Under the pieces are notes generated by a model, which saw only the letters and a list, made by a program, of their open reading frames with translations, was not told the DNA's origin and ran no database searches. Made by a program: the position numbers and the translations under genes. A stretch of 64,000 nt of DNA from contig NIVC01000636.1 in NCBI GenBank assembly GCA_002269645.1, positions 62,001 to 126,000 of the forward strand, written 5' to 3'. Position 1 is the first letter of the stretch. Each line of letters opens with the position of its first letter. The DNA is from Macrostomum lignano (taxonomy: Eukaryota). Below are positions 1 to 12,964 of this stretch, one piece after another.

Positions 1-4
1 TCAC

Positions 5-1228
5 CTGCTTCGCCAGCACGATGTCAATGGGTGTTCGCTCCTGAATGTCGTAGAGGTCCAGCCGGGGGCCGGAGCGCAGCACGGTCAGGAACAGCTTGGA
101 GTTGCCCAGGTTGGCGGCAATGTGCAGCGGCGTGAAGCCCCTGGCGCCGTGCCGATTGCACAGGTGCGGGTTGTGCGACAGCAGCAGCTGGGCGGCGCGC
201 ACGTTCTCCTCCAGGCAGGCCCGGTGGATGGGCAGGTCGCCGTGCTGGTCGAAGGTGCCGCAGCTGGCGCCGTGGTCCAGCAGCAGGTGCAGAAACCGGT
301 CATCTTTGCGGATCCTCACGGCTGCGTGCACGGTGGACTCGACCTTGTTGGCGCCGCCGTTGGCATTGGCGCCCTCCTCCAGCAGCAGCTGCAGCGCTTC
401 CAGCGATTTTCGCGCCAACGCCAGGTCCAGTGCTGTCTCGCCATTCTTCGTCTGCGCTTCCAGCTCAGCCTGAAGGGTTCCAGGCGGAGACGGGAGTTCC
501 AACTTTAACATCTGCTCAGTCACTAAGATGGCAGCAGCAGCACCTGACAAATCAGTCACTGGTCTATCACTGCTCAGTCACTGCTCAGTCACTGCTCAGT
601 CACTGCTCAGTCACTGCTCAGTCACTGCTCAGTCACTGGTCAGTCACTGCTCAGTCACTGCTCAGTCACTGCTCAGTCACTGGTCAATCATTTCTCAGTC
701 ACTGGTCAGTCATTGCTCAGTCACTGGTCAGTCACTGCTCAGTCACTGCTCAGTCACTGGTCAATCATTTCTCAGTCACTGGTCAGTCATTGCTCAGTCA
801 CTGGTCAGTCACTGCTCAGTCACTGCTCAGTCACTGCTCAGTCACTGCTCAGTCACTGGTCAATCATTTCTCAGTCACTGGTCAGTCATTGCTCAGTCAC
901 TGGTCAGTCATTGCTCAGTCACTGGTCAGTCACTGCTCAGTCACTGGTCAATCACTGCTCGGTCACCGCTCAGTCACTGCTCAGTCACTGGCCAGTCACT
1001 GCTCAGTCACTGCTCAGTCACTGGTCAATCACTAGACACAAGAACTGAGGGTCTCACGTGGCTGCTGATGAGGACGCTCAGCACATCGCAGCGGTTGTCG
1101 GCTGCCGCCTTGTGCAGGAGTCGCCAGCCCAGGCTGCTGTCCAGCTCCGAGTTCGGCGACACGCTGCCCGCTGCCAGCAGCTCGCGCAGCAGGGACGGAG
1201 ATTCGTAGGCGCGGGACAGGCTGCCCAT
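5..1228 (-). CDS. Ankyrin-repeat protein, 5' part (coding exons 1228-1058 and 469-5; continues beyond the window start)
   Basis: Spliced translation MGSLSRAYES...LGWRLLHKAAADNRCDVLSVLISSH|AELEAQTKNGETALDLA...GDLPIHRACLEENVRAAQLLL...GFTPLHIAANLGN. It contains several ankyrin TPLH-type motifs. Donors GTGAG at 1057 and GTGA at 4, acceptor CAG at 470-472; phase 0/0 is consistent. Confidence 0.9.
510..1035. repeat. Intronic 11-bp minisatellite (CAGTCACTGCT)n
   Basis: Directly visible tandem array in the ankyrin-gene intron. Confidence 0.95.
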
Positions 1229-2662
1229 GCTGCCCGCGGCCGGCGGCCCTGGACTGGTGGAAGGAGCGGGCGGGAGTGAGAAACCAGGAGAGACAGTAGG
1301 GAGAGAGCGGAAAGGCTTGGGGCGCCCTGGACTGGCACCGGTCGCAGACTCGGTGAGGCTAAAATAGGCTTCTGGGCCAGGGAGGGAGGGCCGCCGCGCA
1401 CCATGCAGTAACTCCTACCCTGGCCTTTGAGCCTTTGACACTGACTTCTGAGCGGCTGCTGCGGCTGCGTGCAGGGGCAACCCCGCCCCAGCCTCCGCCT
1501 GCCGGACGGGCCAATAGCGGTCGGGCCCTGCGAGTTGAACCGGGCAGCTCTGGGAGGGGGGGGGGTGGGGGCGCAGAGCAGAAATGCAGCGAGGCGCAGC
1601 AACTATTCTGTAGAAGAAAACACAGTTGGTTTTCTGTCTCTGATTCGCATTGAAGAATGGAGCGAGCACGAGTTTTACAGACCGAGTGTGCAGCAGAGGC
1701 TCCAACGGGCAGTGGGCAGGGAGAGGGTGGGGGCGAACAGCGACTGGACCGCTCAATACAACTGACTGCATCGAGTCGGCCGCAACAACACAGTCCTGAG
1801 CTTGTCACAGACGTATCAGCTTTCTAATCGGCGGCCCCTCTAATGTTGCTCTCATAATAAAATATTAAACTCGAAAGCCGGCCCTCCCCTGTTTGCCGAG
1901 TTGCTGTTCCAGACTGCACTTCGTTCTCTGAGAAGACTCAAAGGCAGACGGGGTACAGTGCTCACTGAGCTATTTTCACAATTGAGCGCTGCGCTAACCA
2001 CTGACAGCAGCCGGTTAGCTGCAGATAAAGCCTCACCTTTCAACGGCAGAGCAGAAAGAAGCCCGAACGCTCAGCTGCAGCCTGTGGCGCTGTGCAGCCG
2101 GAGCGGCTGTCCGCCCTGGCGCGAGCAGAAAAAGTACGCAGGCAGAGTTCACGGGGCCCCGGCCGTCAGCAGAATGAATGATTTACACACCCGCCCGCCA
2201 GTCAGCCAGAGAACTGTCGGCGAAAAATTCGCACTACAGACAGGAAAGGAGGGGGGAGCAGAAGGCGCAGAAGTCAGTCAGTTTGCTTTGCATGCGAAAT
2301 AGCGCAGCGGGGGATCGCTGCCAACTTTGCGCCCAGAATGCCGGCGCCCACTTTGCAGCCGTCACCAGACACTCATAAGAGCTGAAGTGGAACTTTCCAC
2401 ACTGGAAGCGAAGCAGTGAAAGGAGGCCCCACATGCTGCCGACAGCGCGGGCTCGCAATTGCAAACAATGCAGAGCAAAAACTCTGCTTTCGTGGATTCA
2501 GCCAAACAGGCAGAAGAGGGACAGACGCAGACTTGCTGAGAACAATAAAAGAGTGCAGGACTGGCGGCTCTGCAGGCTTGAGTCACTCGCGTGGCCTTAC
2601 CCGACCCCACCGGTAGATGCACGGAGTCGCAGGCGTGCAAGGCAGGCTGAGAAGGCCCCGAC

Positions 2663-4610
2663 AATTGGGAGGAGCTCAAGCTATTAAAATTGGGGGGAGC
2701 TCAAGCTATTAAAATTGGGGGGAGCTCAAGCTATTAAAATTGGGGGGAGCTCAAGCTATTAAAATTGGGGGGAGCTCAAGCTATTAAAATTGGGGGGAGC
2801 TCAAGCTATTAAGATTGGGGGGAGCTCAAGCTATTAAAATTGGGGGGAGCTCAAGCTATTAAAATTGAGGGGAGCTCAAGCTATTAAGATTGGGGGGAGC
2901 TCAAGCTATTAAAATTGGGGGGAGCTCAAGCTATTAAAATTGGGGGGAGCTCAAGCTATTAAAATTGGGGGAGCTCAAGCTATTAAGATTGGCGGGAGCT
3001 CAAGCTATTAAGATTGGGGGGAGCACAAGCTATTAAAATTGGGGGGAGCTCAAGCTATTAAGATTGGGGGGAGCACAAGCTATTAAAATTGGGGGGAGCT
3101 CAAGCTATTAAAATTGGGGGGAGCTCAAGCTATTAAAATTGGGGGGAGCACAAGCTATTAAAATTGGGGGGAGCTCAAGCTATTAAGATTGGCGGGAGCT
3201 CAAGCTATTAAGATTGGGGGGAGCACAAGCTATTAAAATTGGGGGGAGCTCAAGCTATTAAGATTGGGGGGAGCACAAGCTATTAAAATTGGGGGGAGCT
3301 CAAGCTATTAAAATTGGGGGGAGCTCAAGCTATTAAAATTGGGGGAGCTCAAGCTATTAAAATTGGGGGGAGCTCAAGCTATTAAAATTGGGGGGAGCTC
3401 AAGCTATTAAAATTGGGGGAGCACAAGCTATTAAAATTGGGGGGAGCTCAAGCTATTAAGATTGGCGGGAGCTCAAGCTATTAAGATTGGCGGGAGCTCA
3501 AGCTATTAAGATTGGGGGGAGCACAAGCTATTAAAATTGGGGGGAGCTCAAGCTATTAAGATTGGGGGGAGCACAAGCTATTAAAATTGGGGGGAGCTCA
3601 AGCTATTAAAATTGGGGGGAGCTCAAGCTATTAAAATTGGGGGGAGCTCAAGCTATTAAAATTGGGGGGAGCTCAAGCTATTAAAATTGGGGGGAGCTCA
3701 AGCTATTAAAATTGGGGGGAGCTCAAGCTATTAAGATTGGGGGGAGCTCAAGCTATTAAAATTGGGGGGAGCTCAAGCTATTAAAATTGGGGGGAGCTCA
3801 AGCTATTAAAATTGGGGGGAGCTCAAGCTATTAAAATTGGGGGGAGCTCAAGCTATTAAAATTGGGGGAGCACAAGCTATTAAAATTGGGGGGAGCACAA
3901 GCTATTAAAATTGGGGGAGCACAAGCTATTAAAATTGGGGGAGCTCAAGCTATTAAAATTGGGGGGAGCTCAAGCTATTAAAATTGGGGGGAGCACAAGC
4001 TATTAAAATTGGGGGAGCTCAAGCTATTAAAATTGGGGGGAGCTCAAGCTATTAAGATTGGGGGGAGCTCAAGCTATTAAGATTGGCGGGAGCTCAAGCG
4101 ATTAAGATTGGGGGGAGCTCAAGCTATTAAGATTGGGGGGAGCTCAAGCTATTAAAATTGGGGGGAGCTCAAGCTATTAAGATTGGGGGGAGCTCAAGCT
4201 ATTAAAATTGGGGGGAGCTCAAGCTATTAAAATTGGGGGGAGCTTAAGCTATTAAGATTGGCGGGAGCTCAAGCTATTAAGATTGGGGGGAGCTCAAGCT
4301 ATTAAGATTGGCGGGAGCTCAAGCTATTAAAATTGGGGGGAGCTCAAGCTATTAAGATTGGCGGGAGCTCAAGCTATTAAGATTGGCGGGAGCTCAAGCT
4401 ATTAAGATTGGCGGGAGCTCAAGCTATTAAGATTGGCGGGAGCTCAAGCTATTAAGATTGGCGGGAGCTCAAGCTATTAAGATTGGCGGGAGCTCAAGCT
4501 ATTAAGATTGGCGGGAGCTCAAGCTATTAAGATTGGCGGGAGCTCAAGCTATTAAGATTGGCGGGATCTCAAGCTATTAAGATTGGCGGGATCTCAAGCT
4601 ATTAAAATTG
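2663..4610. repeat. 25-bp tandem array (GAGCTCAAGCTATTAAAATTGGGGG)n, about 78 copies
   Basis: Period of 25 nt with no spacers; variants AAGATT, GGCGGG and GCAC. Confidence 0.97.
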
Positions 4611-4764
4611 CACTGACCGCTCAGCGGGGCCGCCTCTGCTGGCCCTGCGACAGGCCGGCCAACAGAGGGAGATTGTGGGTGGCGGCCCGGGAACCAAGCA
4701 CCGGGTTTTGCTTCACCTTGCCATTATCGCACGGCAAATTACGGAGTTGGGGGGGGGGGCAGCG

Positions 4765-5070
4765 GCTCAGCCTGAGGATCTGGGATGGCAGTGGCTCAGG
4801 CCGAGTATCTGGGAAGGCAGTGGCTCAGTCTGAGGATCTGGGAGGGCGGCGGCTCAGTCTGAGGATCTGGGAAGGCAGTGGCTCAGGCCGAGTATCTGGG
4901 AAGGCAGTGGCTCAGTCTGAGGATCTGGGATGGCGGCGGCTCAGTCTGAGGATCTGGGAGGGCGGCGGCTCAGTCTGAGGATCTGGGAGGGCGGCGGCTC
5001 AGTCTGAGGATCTGGGAGGGCAGTGGCTCAGTCTGAGGATCTGGGAGGGCAGTGGCTCAGTCTGAGGATC
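4765..5070. repeat. 29-bp minisatellite (GGCTCAGTCTGAGGATCTGGGAGGGCAGT)n
   Basis: Visible periodicity of 29 nt. Confidence 0.9.
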
Positions 5071-5734
5071 TAGGCGGACGGATGCACAATCCCTGATGAT
5101 CAGGGAGGCTGGCAAAGCCACTGCAACCCCCGCACCATCAAATGAAGCAGCCGGAAAGTCTTCACACTGCAGTTTCGCATAGCCCCGAACGGCCCGAAGC
5201 GGCAAAGCAGGTACGGCAGTTTATTTACACGGAACGAAGCCCTTGAGCCGGGCCAGAAGAGGCAGAGCACAGCAGCAGAGCAGCTGATGGAGGCCAAGCA
5301 GCCAGCCGGCGCTAGGGTCAGCAAAAAATATAGAATCATCTATGCAAAGGCGAGCAGAAAAGTCGCGCATTCTCTATACACTACTCTCAGTAACCACAAA
5401 CGCAGTTAGCAGTGAAAATGAAAAAAAAACAGAAAAACAACGGCAGCAATCTGAGCTCGGGATTAAAAATTGCATAATTATTGGACACGAGCCCGCAGGC
5501 AATGAAAAATACAAAGAGCTCGGAATCAGAAACAATCTGCTTAGCGAAACTTATTAACAAGAGCGACACAACGGTAGAAAATACTTTAGCTGGCATCCCA
5601 CAGAGCAGAGATTGCGCTGCGCCTACAGTGGAAATACAGCGATTATTTAATAATATGTACACTGTGATATGCGAGACAGCACGACCATGATGGAAGGCCA
5701 AGGTCAGATGGGCTTATTAGGTTCGATTATTTTT

Positions 5735-6052
5735 CAGCAGGGCGGAGTCAGCAGGGCGCAGTCAGCAGGGCGGAGTCAGCAGGGCGGAGTCAGCAGAGGC
5801 GGAGTCAGCAGGGGCGGAGTCAGCAGGGGCGGAGTCAGCAGGGCGGAGTCAGCAGGGGCGGAGTCAGCAGGGGCGGAGTCAGCAGGGCGGAGTCAGCAGG
5901 GGCGGAGTCAGCAGGGGCGGAGTCAGCAGGGGCGGAGTCAGCAGGGTGGAGTCAGCAGGGGCGGAGTCAGCAGGGCGGAGTCAGCAGGGGCGGAGTCAGC
6001 AGGGCGGAGTCAGCAGGGCGGAGTCAGCAGGGCGGAGTCAGCAGGGCGGAGG
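5735..6052. repeat. 14-15-bp minisatellite (GGGCGGAGTCAGCA[G])n directly 3' of the LRP-like stop codon
   Basis: Visible tandem array. Confidence 0.93.
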
Positions 6053-6062
6053 CAGCAGGCTG

Positions 6063-7292
6063 TCAGACGAGCAGCGGCTGATCACTAGCGGGCACGGAGG
6101 TCCGCATCGCCTGCTCATAGTTAGGCGGCGGAGGGCGCCTGCGCCGCATCTCGGCAGCCACCAGCCTGGCGAGCGGCGACTCGTGCCCGGAGCAGAGAAG
6201 CCGCTGGGCGGCGGCCAGACGGGCGGCCCGCAGCTGGCGCAGTCGACAAGCGTAGGTGGCGGCGAGCAACAGCAGGAGGCAGCCGGCGGTGGCGGCCAAC
6301 ACGGCGGCCAGGGCGACGCTCGGCCGCGGCCAGCGCTCGCAGGCGGCCTCGTCCTCGCCGCCCTGGCAGTCGACGACGCTGTCGCATCGGTAGGCGGCGG
6401 GCAGGCAGCGGCCTGAGTCGCAGAGGAAGCTGCCGTTGGCCGGGCCGCACCGGCTGGCCGCGCAGTCCAGCTCGTCCGTGGCGTCCCGGCAGTCCGGCCG
6501 GCCGTCGCAGCGCTCGGCGGACGTGTAGCAACGGTTGCCATAGCGACAAGCGTAGGAGCCGGCGCAGCCGCGGCAGTTGAGCTCGTCGGCGCCGCTTTGC
6601 TTGCAGCGCCAGAGGCCGTCGCAGCGCAGCGCCGGCGAGAAGCAGACGCTGGCGTCCTCCGGGCAGGCCTGCTGGAAGCCTGCGGGACAGCGGCGTTAGG
6701 CGGGGCAGGCGTGAACTCTCTCTAGCTTATGCTCTACTCTGCACTTGCGGCAGCACAGCAACCCCGCACGGATAAGCCCGGATTAAATCCGAATTGCTAA
6801 TCGCATGGGCCGTGCTATAAACCACACCGCAACTCCTCAAGGAGCTGGGAGGCTGGGAATCCGCGGGTTGAAGGCGCAGCTATTCTTAGGTCTCTTAAAC
6901 AGCAGCTCAGCATCAATAGCCACTCGCGCTACCTGGAATGCAGGCTCCTGCCAGCTGGTACGACAGGTTGAAGCTGCCGCCGGCCGGCCCCATCACGGCC
7001 TCCACGGTCAGGGGGCCCGGCTGGGGGCCCAGCGCCCACAAGCCGCGGTCGCTGTTGCCACCATTCAAGGAAAGCAGGCGGGAGTCACTGCCGCGGGAGG
7101 AGTCGCCGGCGTAGATCTTCAGGGAGCCGGAGCCCTCCGGCAGACTGAGCGCGACCGGCTCCAGCACCAGGCGGTTCAGGGCGCCCTGCCGCACCGTCCA
7201 GCGGCACACGCGGACGGCGTCGCCGGGGCCCCAGGCGGTGCCCAGGAAGCCGTAGGTGGCGGTCAGCTCGCGAATGCAGTTGGCAGCGGCAC
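6063..7292 (-). CDS. LRP12/LRP3/LRP10-like single-pass receptor: CUB domain, three LDL-receptor class A repeats, TM helix and PPxY tail (exons 7292-6933 and 6679-6063; 5' exon(s) not located)
   Basis: CUB-like exon (NCIRELT...CRWTV...LKIY...FNLSY) is joined in phase 1 to an exon with LDLa motifs RCDGLWRC..ADELNC, RCDGRPDC.DATDELDC and RCDSVVDC.GGEDEAAC. These are followed by a hydrophobic stretch, PPPNYEQ, and stop TGA at 6063-6065. Confidence 0.85.
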
Positions 7293-7334
7293 CTGACGGG
7301 TGGCCAGTGAACGTTTGAAGGGCGTTAGACAATA

Positions 7335-7720
7335 CGAGGGGTGTTAGACAGTGACAGTGTTGGGGGATGTTAGTCTGAGGTGATAGTGTGGGGTGTTATA
7401 CAGTGTGAGGGGCGTTATTGCGAGGGGGTGTTAGACAGTGTGAGGGGTGTTAGACAGTGAGAGGTGTTACACTGTGTAAAGGGTGTTAGACAGTGCGGAG
7501 TGTTAGAAAGTGTGAGGTGAGAAAGGTTAGACAGTGTGAGGAGTGTTGGACAGTGTGAGTAGTGTTAAAAAGTGAGGGGATGTTAGACAGTGTGAGGGGT
7601 GTTAGACAGTGAGTGGTGTTCCACAGTGAGGGGTGTTAGACACTAGACAGTGTAAAGGGTGTTAAACAGTGAGGAGTGTTAGAAAGTGTGAGGTGAGGGG
7701 GTTAGACAGTGTGGGGATGT
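7335..7720. repeat. Degenerate minisatellite of about 20 bp with core GTGAGGGGTGTTAGACA
   Basis: Recurring GTGTTAGACAGTG core upstream of the CUB exon. Confidence 0.85.
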
Positions 7721-10700
7721 GTTATGTGCTGTCTCTAATAGGGTTGTATGAAATAAAAAACTCACCTCCATTTTCAAGCACCAGCCAGCTTGCAGAAATA
7801 AAGAAGAAAAGTGCTGCTTGCATGAACATAAATTTAAATTTTAATGCCAAAATAGCTGTTTTGCTAAGATGTCTTTGTAATATTTGTTTTTTCTTAAAAA
7901 GTTATACCATTTAAGTATTTTTTTGATAGGCTAAAATTGATAGTGTAAAATACTTTCATGCAAATTCATAAATATTTTTATTAATATGTTTGTTAAGATA
8001 TAGGTCAAATCTAATATATACTTTTATTCTTGTTTTTTTTTCTACATGTTTTTGTACCAACCACTTGTGTTTATATTAGGCTTAGTAACCAGGCCTAGTA
8101 GGCCCTAATGCTAAATCAAATATGCACAAAGCATATCTAATAGATAAGCTATAGCATGTTTAATGTTCTAATATCGTGCTCACTTAAGTTAATAAGGCTT
8201 TGTTAATTTAAATGTTTCTAGATAACTAAAGAAATGTGTGCACTGCCTTATTTTTGTTTGTTGTATGATCTTCTCTTATCATACATGCCAAACACCCATC
8301 CGACCCGTCCAAACTGGATGGGTGAAATGGCCACTAGCCAAGGTAAGTCACAAAATTGAAAATGCAAAAATTGGGGGTAGAAAGAAAGGAGAGGAAGAGA
8401 GAGACAAGGAAAAGAGGAGAGAAAAAGAGAAAAGAGAGAAAAGGCAAGAAAAGTCATATACAAAGTGAAAATTAAGTTGCAATTGGGGGAACTAAGTTGC
8501 AATCAGGGAACTAAGTCACAATCAGGAGGAACTAAGTCGCAAATCTAGACAAAACTAAGTTGCATTGGACAGGTGAAATTTTGAGGTTGGGCAGGACATG
8601 TATACCTCTCATTATAGAACACTTAATTTCCATTGAAAGGATTATAAAACACAAGTAAAAAATATGTATGTTTCTACATAAAAACATTTAAAGAAATAAA
8701 TAGAAAGTGTTTATAATTTGATTTAATATATTTATAAATGTAGTTTGTATATTTGGTTTCGACAGTTTAGCACTGATGATTAGGACTCTATACTTATAAA
8801 ATGACTTACTATTATTTATTAAGATAGTTTATATATAAAATATTCAATTCTATTTACTTTTGTTACAATCCTTTATAGCCTAAGCCTATATAATTAGAAT
8901 TCTGCATTTCTAATGATCATACAGTATAGACCTATGATCATACAGTAGAAATAAATATATAGTCAGTCAGCTATAGACTCCATTCTTAGTTTTGCTTAGG
9001 CCTATTACTATACTACGTGCTTACATACTGTTTTTTTGAATTTTTGTTTAATATGAATTTTGAAGTGATAATATTAATATAGAGCAAATTAATATAATCT
9101 TTTATTAAACTATGTTGCTTTTTACTAATTTTTAATGGGGATCATAAAAAGGGAACTAGTTACTTTGATAACATCTAATTTCATTAAAGCAAACACTAAG
9201 ACTAGGGCCTAACACTTCTGCCACAAATAGAAGTTAAGATTTTCATTCATGGTGCCCAACACTGCCAAAGTGACTATCACTAAATCAACCATAATTCTAA
9301 CCTAAAATGAAACTGAATAAAATCAAGGGTCAGGAATCACAGGACAAAAGTCACAAAATGCCTATTCTTCTAGATGCCTATACAAAACAACCTTCACACA
9401 TAATTGCTAGGTGTAGGCCAAGCCTACTTAGATAAAATCTGTTGCTGGCATTTTTTAGTAGTCTGCATTGTAGTCAGTCACAGTTTTTAGAACTTTTAAA
9501 AATTATTAAATTATAGAAAATTCTTAATCTTAACAAACAGCCCCTTTTAAGTTTTGATTTAAGTGATTAATCTTTAAATAATTTGTCAAATATTAATATA
9601 CGATTCTTCGTTAAGTAGGGCCTACCATTGAACCAAATCAATCGGAAAAAAAAACAATTAACAGCAACAATAAATTTACAATATTTACAGGCGCTCTCGG
9701 GCAAGTACCGTATACAATAGTAAACCACCACCGGATACAATTTATTGGAAACCAATCCTATTTCAAAATGCTGCCATTCGAAAGCACTAAAAAACTGAAA
9801 CAACGTACGTTGAGATTCAATTAAAATTTGCCTTTTACCCGTCTTCTAATTATTTAAGCTATAATTCAGCGTCTTTTTACTTTCAGCACTATTTATTATT
9901 AGTGTGATTTTGTTAAGACTACGAAGCACAAGCCTGCTGGGCCTGAAGCACAGATTACCGGCAGTTGGCAAAAGCAGGAATCAGCAGCTATTGCTTAAAC
10001 TTAGTAATCTTTTCTTCTAAGATAATTTGTTTATATATTACACTAATCCTAAGAACTGTCCTGCGAAACAAACAAAAATGCACGGTGCCAGTGACAGTAT
10101 CATCGCGGCTTTATGTTCCACCAATAATAACATGCAAACCAAGCCATTAGCTAATTAAGCCATGGGCCATAGCTAAGCCATGGCCATAGCTAAGCCATAG
10201 CACCAACCAACAGCAACAACATATGTAAATAGCGCAGTTGATGTTTATGGAAATCAACAAGAGATTCGAGTGGTCCCGACATTTTACTTTGTTATATCCT
10301 TTAAAGTGGTTTCTGTTTAGTACTGTATACAGTTACGAGAATGTATTAAAAAGAAAAAGCGGTCGTTTAATTTTGTTGTCTAGCTCATAATGCGAGCAGC
10401 CTTGCATTGGCGTGTATGTCAAACCAGCACATGGATTTGCTGATGCCAAATACAAAGTGTCATCGAAATCCCATTATAGACAACAGAAGATTAAAGCTGA
10501 ATAGGGTTGATGCGGTCCAGAAACGGTGAGAAACAAATCTTATTTTAAGACTATCCTGGTTCGCAAGTTACTAAATAGCAAAGTAATTTGAAAATGATAC
10601 TCTTGATCTTTAAATGGCAGGACGACACGATTTCTTGCCGAATTGCTCAGTAGTTTTAGATTAGAAAAATAAAAAAACAACTTTTTGAAAGGCCAAAAAT

Positions 10701-11139
10701 TTTGCATACGAGTCGGATAAAATTGACGGAATGTAAAAAAAACACAATACCAATGCAGCAGCACCGGCTGCAACCTACATATGGATCGGATTTGTGTATT
10801 TTAGAATGCACACGGGTTTCTGCGAGATACAGCTTTCATTACAAAATTAAAGTAATATAATTAGAAAACAGGCATTAGGCGTGGCCAGTTTAGCTTAGAT
10901 TTGACCTAGTTTTTACTAACAGTTATCTTTAAATATAATTCAACAGCAGCTACACAGCAAAAGCGGCCAAATTACAAGCAGTTAATACCAGCCAATAAGA
11001 CAGCGAAATACCACAGCTACTGATCAATTTCCGGAATAGGCATTGAACGCACAGCGCATCAAGCAAAAGCCGAGTTCAGACAATTGGCAGATATATGCAA
11101 CGCAAAGAGGAAGTCATTGAGAATTTTTGCCCGGCGGCC

Positions 11140-12003
11140 TCACTTGAACCCGTAACTCGCCAGCTCTCGCCGGATTTCCTCTCGGAGGGCCGCCGCCCGG
11201 TCCACCGGCTCCTGCGCCCTGGCCCGGCCCGGCGGCGGGGGCGGCGGCGCACCGGCCGGGACCTGCGCCTCGGCCAGATGCTCGCGAACCGCCCAGCGCA
11301 GCGCCCGGTGCTGCGTCTCGCCCGGCGTTGGGCCCTGGATTTATAAATAATAGTACATTAGTGTCATATCAGTCAGTCAGTCAGTCAGTCAGTCAGTCAG
11401 TCAGTCAGTCAGTCAGTCAGTCAGTCAGTCAGTCAGCCAGTCAGTCGGTCTTACCTGAGCAGCCCACAGCGCAGCATACTGGTGGTAGCGCCGCACGGGG
11501 TCGCTACGCCGGAACGCGAGGCCATCGATGGCGCTGCGCGGAGTCGGCCGGATCAGCTGCCGCGGCCGCCGGCCAGCGACGGAGCCGGCCGAGGACGGTG
11601 GCTGCGGGCGCAGCTCGGTCGGCGGCTGCTGACCGCCGTTCCGGCCGTCCTCGGGCAGTTCGGCCAGGCCGGCCGCGGACCGCCGGTCGTCGTCACCGAA
11701 GCGGCCGTCAAAGTCGCTGAAGTCGTCGTCGCCAACGACGCTGCTGCGGCAGGACTCCTCCACGACAGCGCGGCCACCGTCAGCCAGCCGACGGGCGGTC
11801 TTCCGGCGCACCATGCGGCCGCGGGGCGTGGCGGCCTCGGAGCCGGTGGCCGTTGAGACCACGGAGGACTCGTCATCCCGCGACACCATGGCGTCCAGCT
11901 CGGCCTTGTACTCGCGCAGCTTCGACTCCGGCACGTCCCGGTAGCCGAGGATCTCCAGCTGGCGGCGAATCTCCGACAGGTGGAACACGGCCGGCGAGTC
12001 CAT
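11140..12003 (-). CDS. HYLS1: Hydrolethalus syndrome protein 1 (centriolar/ciliogenesis protein), 2 exons (12003-11455, 11334-11140), 247 aa
   Basis: N-terminus EIRRQLEILGYRDVPESKLREYKAEL. C-terminal HYLS1 box RSDPVRRYHQYAALWAAQ|GPTPGETQHRALRWAVREHL resembles DPVARY..Y...W....PGE..RK.LRW.VRE. GTAAG donor, CAG acceptor, phase 0. Confidence 0.88.
11369..11447. repeat. (TCAG)n microsatellite filling the HYLS1 intron
   Basis: About 19 tetramer units. Confidence 0.95.
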
Positions 12004-12439
12004 CAGGGGCGGCTCGCGGCTGCGGGAGGCGGCAGCGGGTTTGCTGGATTTCACTGAGACAGCACCCTACTCATAGTAGGAGAGATGCGACAACTTGTAG
12101 AATGTGCAGAATAGGGGCATATCTCTGACACTAGATATGGAATCAATCGGAAGCGCATGTCAGTGCAAATGAAGAAGACAAAGTCTGGTTAGGTGTAGCC
12201 ATACCGAGTATATAATGAGTATAATTAGTGTCAACAATCAGCATTTACCAACTACCGAGTAAAACAAATATTTCCGTCTATGGAAAAGTAAAAGTAAAAA
12301 CAAAACAAAAACCGAGCATTTGCAAACAGCCCGGTGGAGTGACGGGATTGTCGGAGCAGCCGGACTCAAATAAAATATAATGAATTAAATAACTTGATAA
12401 AAACAAACTGTGGAGGAAATCGAAAGTGCAGAAAAGCAA

Positions 12440-12716
12440 AAGCAGCAAGGGACAGTCAAGCAGAAGCAGCAAGGGACAGTCAAGCAGAAGCAGCAAGGGA
12501 CAGTCAAGCAGAAGCAGCAAGGGACAGTCAAGCAGAAGCAGCAAGGGACAGTCAAGCAGAAGCAGCAAGGGACAGTCAAGCAGAAGCAGCAAGGGACAGT
12601 CAAGCAGAAGCAGCAAGGGACAGTCAAGCAGAAGCAGCAAGGGACAGTCAAGCAGAAGCAGCAAGGGACAGTCAAGCAGAAGCAGCAAGGGACAGTCAAG
12701 CAGAAGCAGCAAGGGA
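12440..12716. repeat. 24-bp minisatellite (GCAAGGGACAGTCAAGCAGAAGCA)n
   Basis: About 11-12 near-perfect copies between the BTB gene and HYLS1. Confidence 0.95.
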
Positions 12717-12964
12717 AAGCAAAGTAAAAGCGAATAGCAAGCGGGACTTTGGCAGTAAATTGCTCAGAATTAATAATATAATAGAAATAAAACAATGACC
12801 AGGTAAAAATTCTAGATCAACAAGTTCAGAAACAAAGTTTTTCTAAGCTCATCTTGAGCTATTTCGAAGCTAATGAGCTTTATATGCTAGCCGATTTGCT
12901 CAGCTGAGCAGGCCAGAAATCACCGGAGTTTCTGATTAGAGGGGGCAGACAGGAGACCAAAGAC

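Noticed and set aside
430-1208. Plus-strand SHCSVTAQSLL ORFs
   Set aside because: Translation of the 11-bp intronic repeat, antisense to the ankyrin gene.
2663-4610. CRISPR-like regularly repeated 25-mer
   Set aside because: Units are head-to-tail with no unique spacers, no cas genes are present, and the context is eukaryotic.
11138-11144. Donor-like GTGAG overlapping the HYLS1 stop, suggesting a HYLS1-LRP fusion transcript
   Set aside because: It would be phase 2, whereas the LRP CUB exon needs phase 1.
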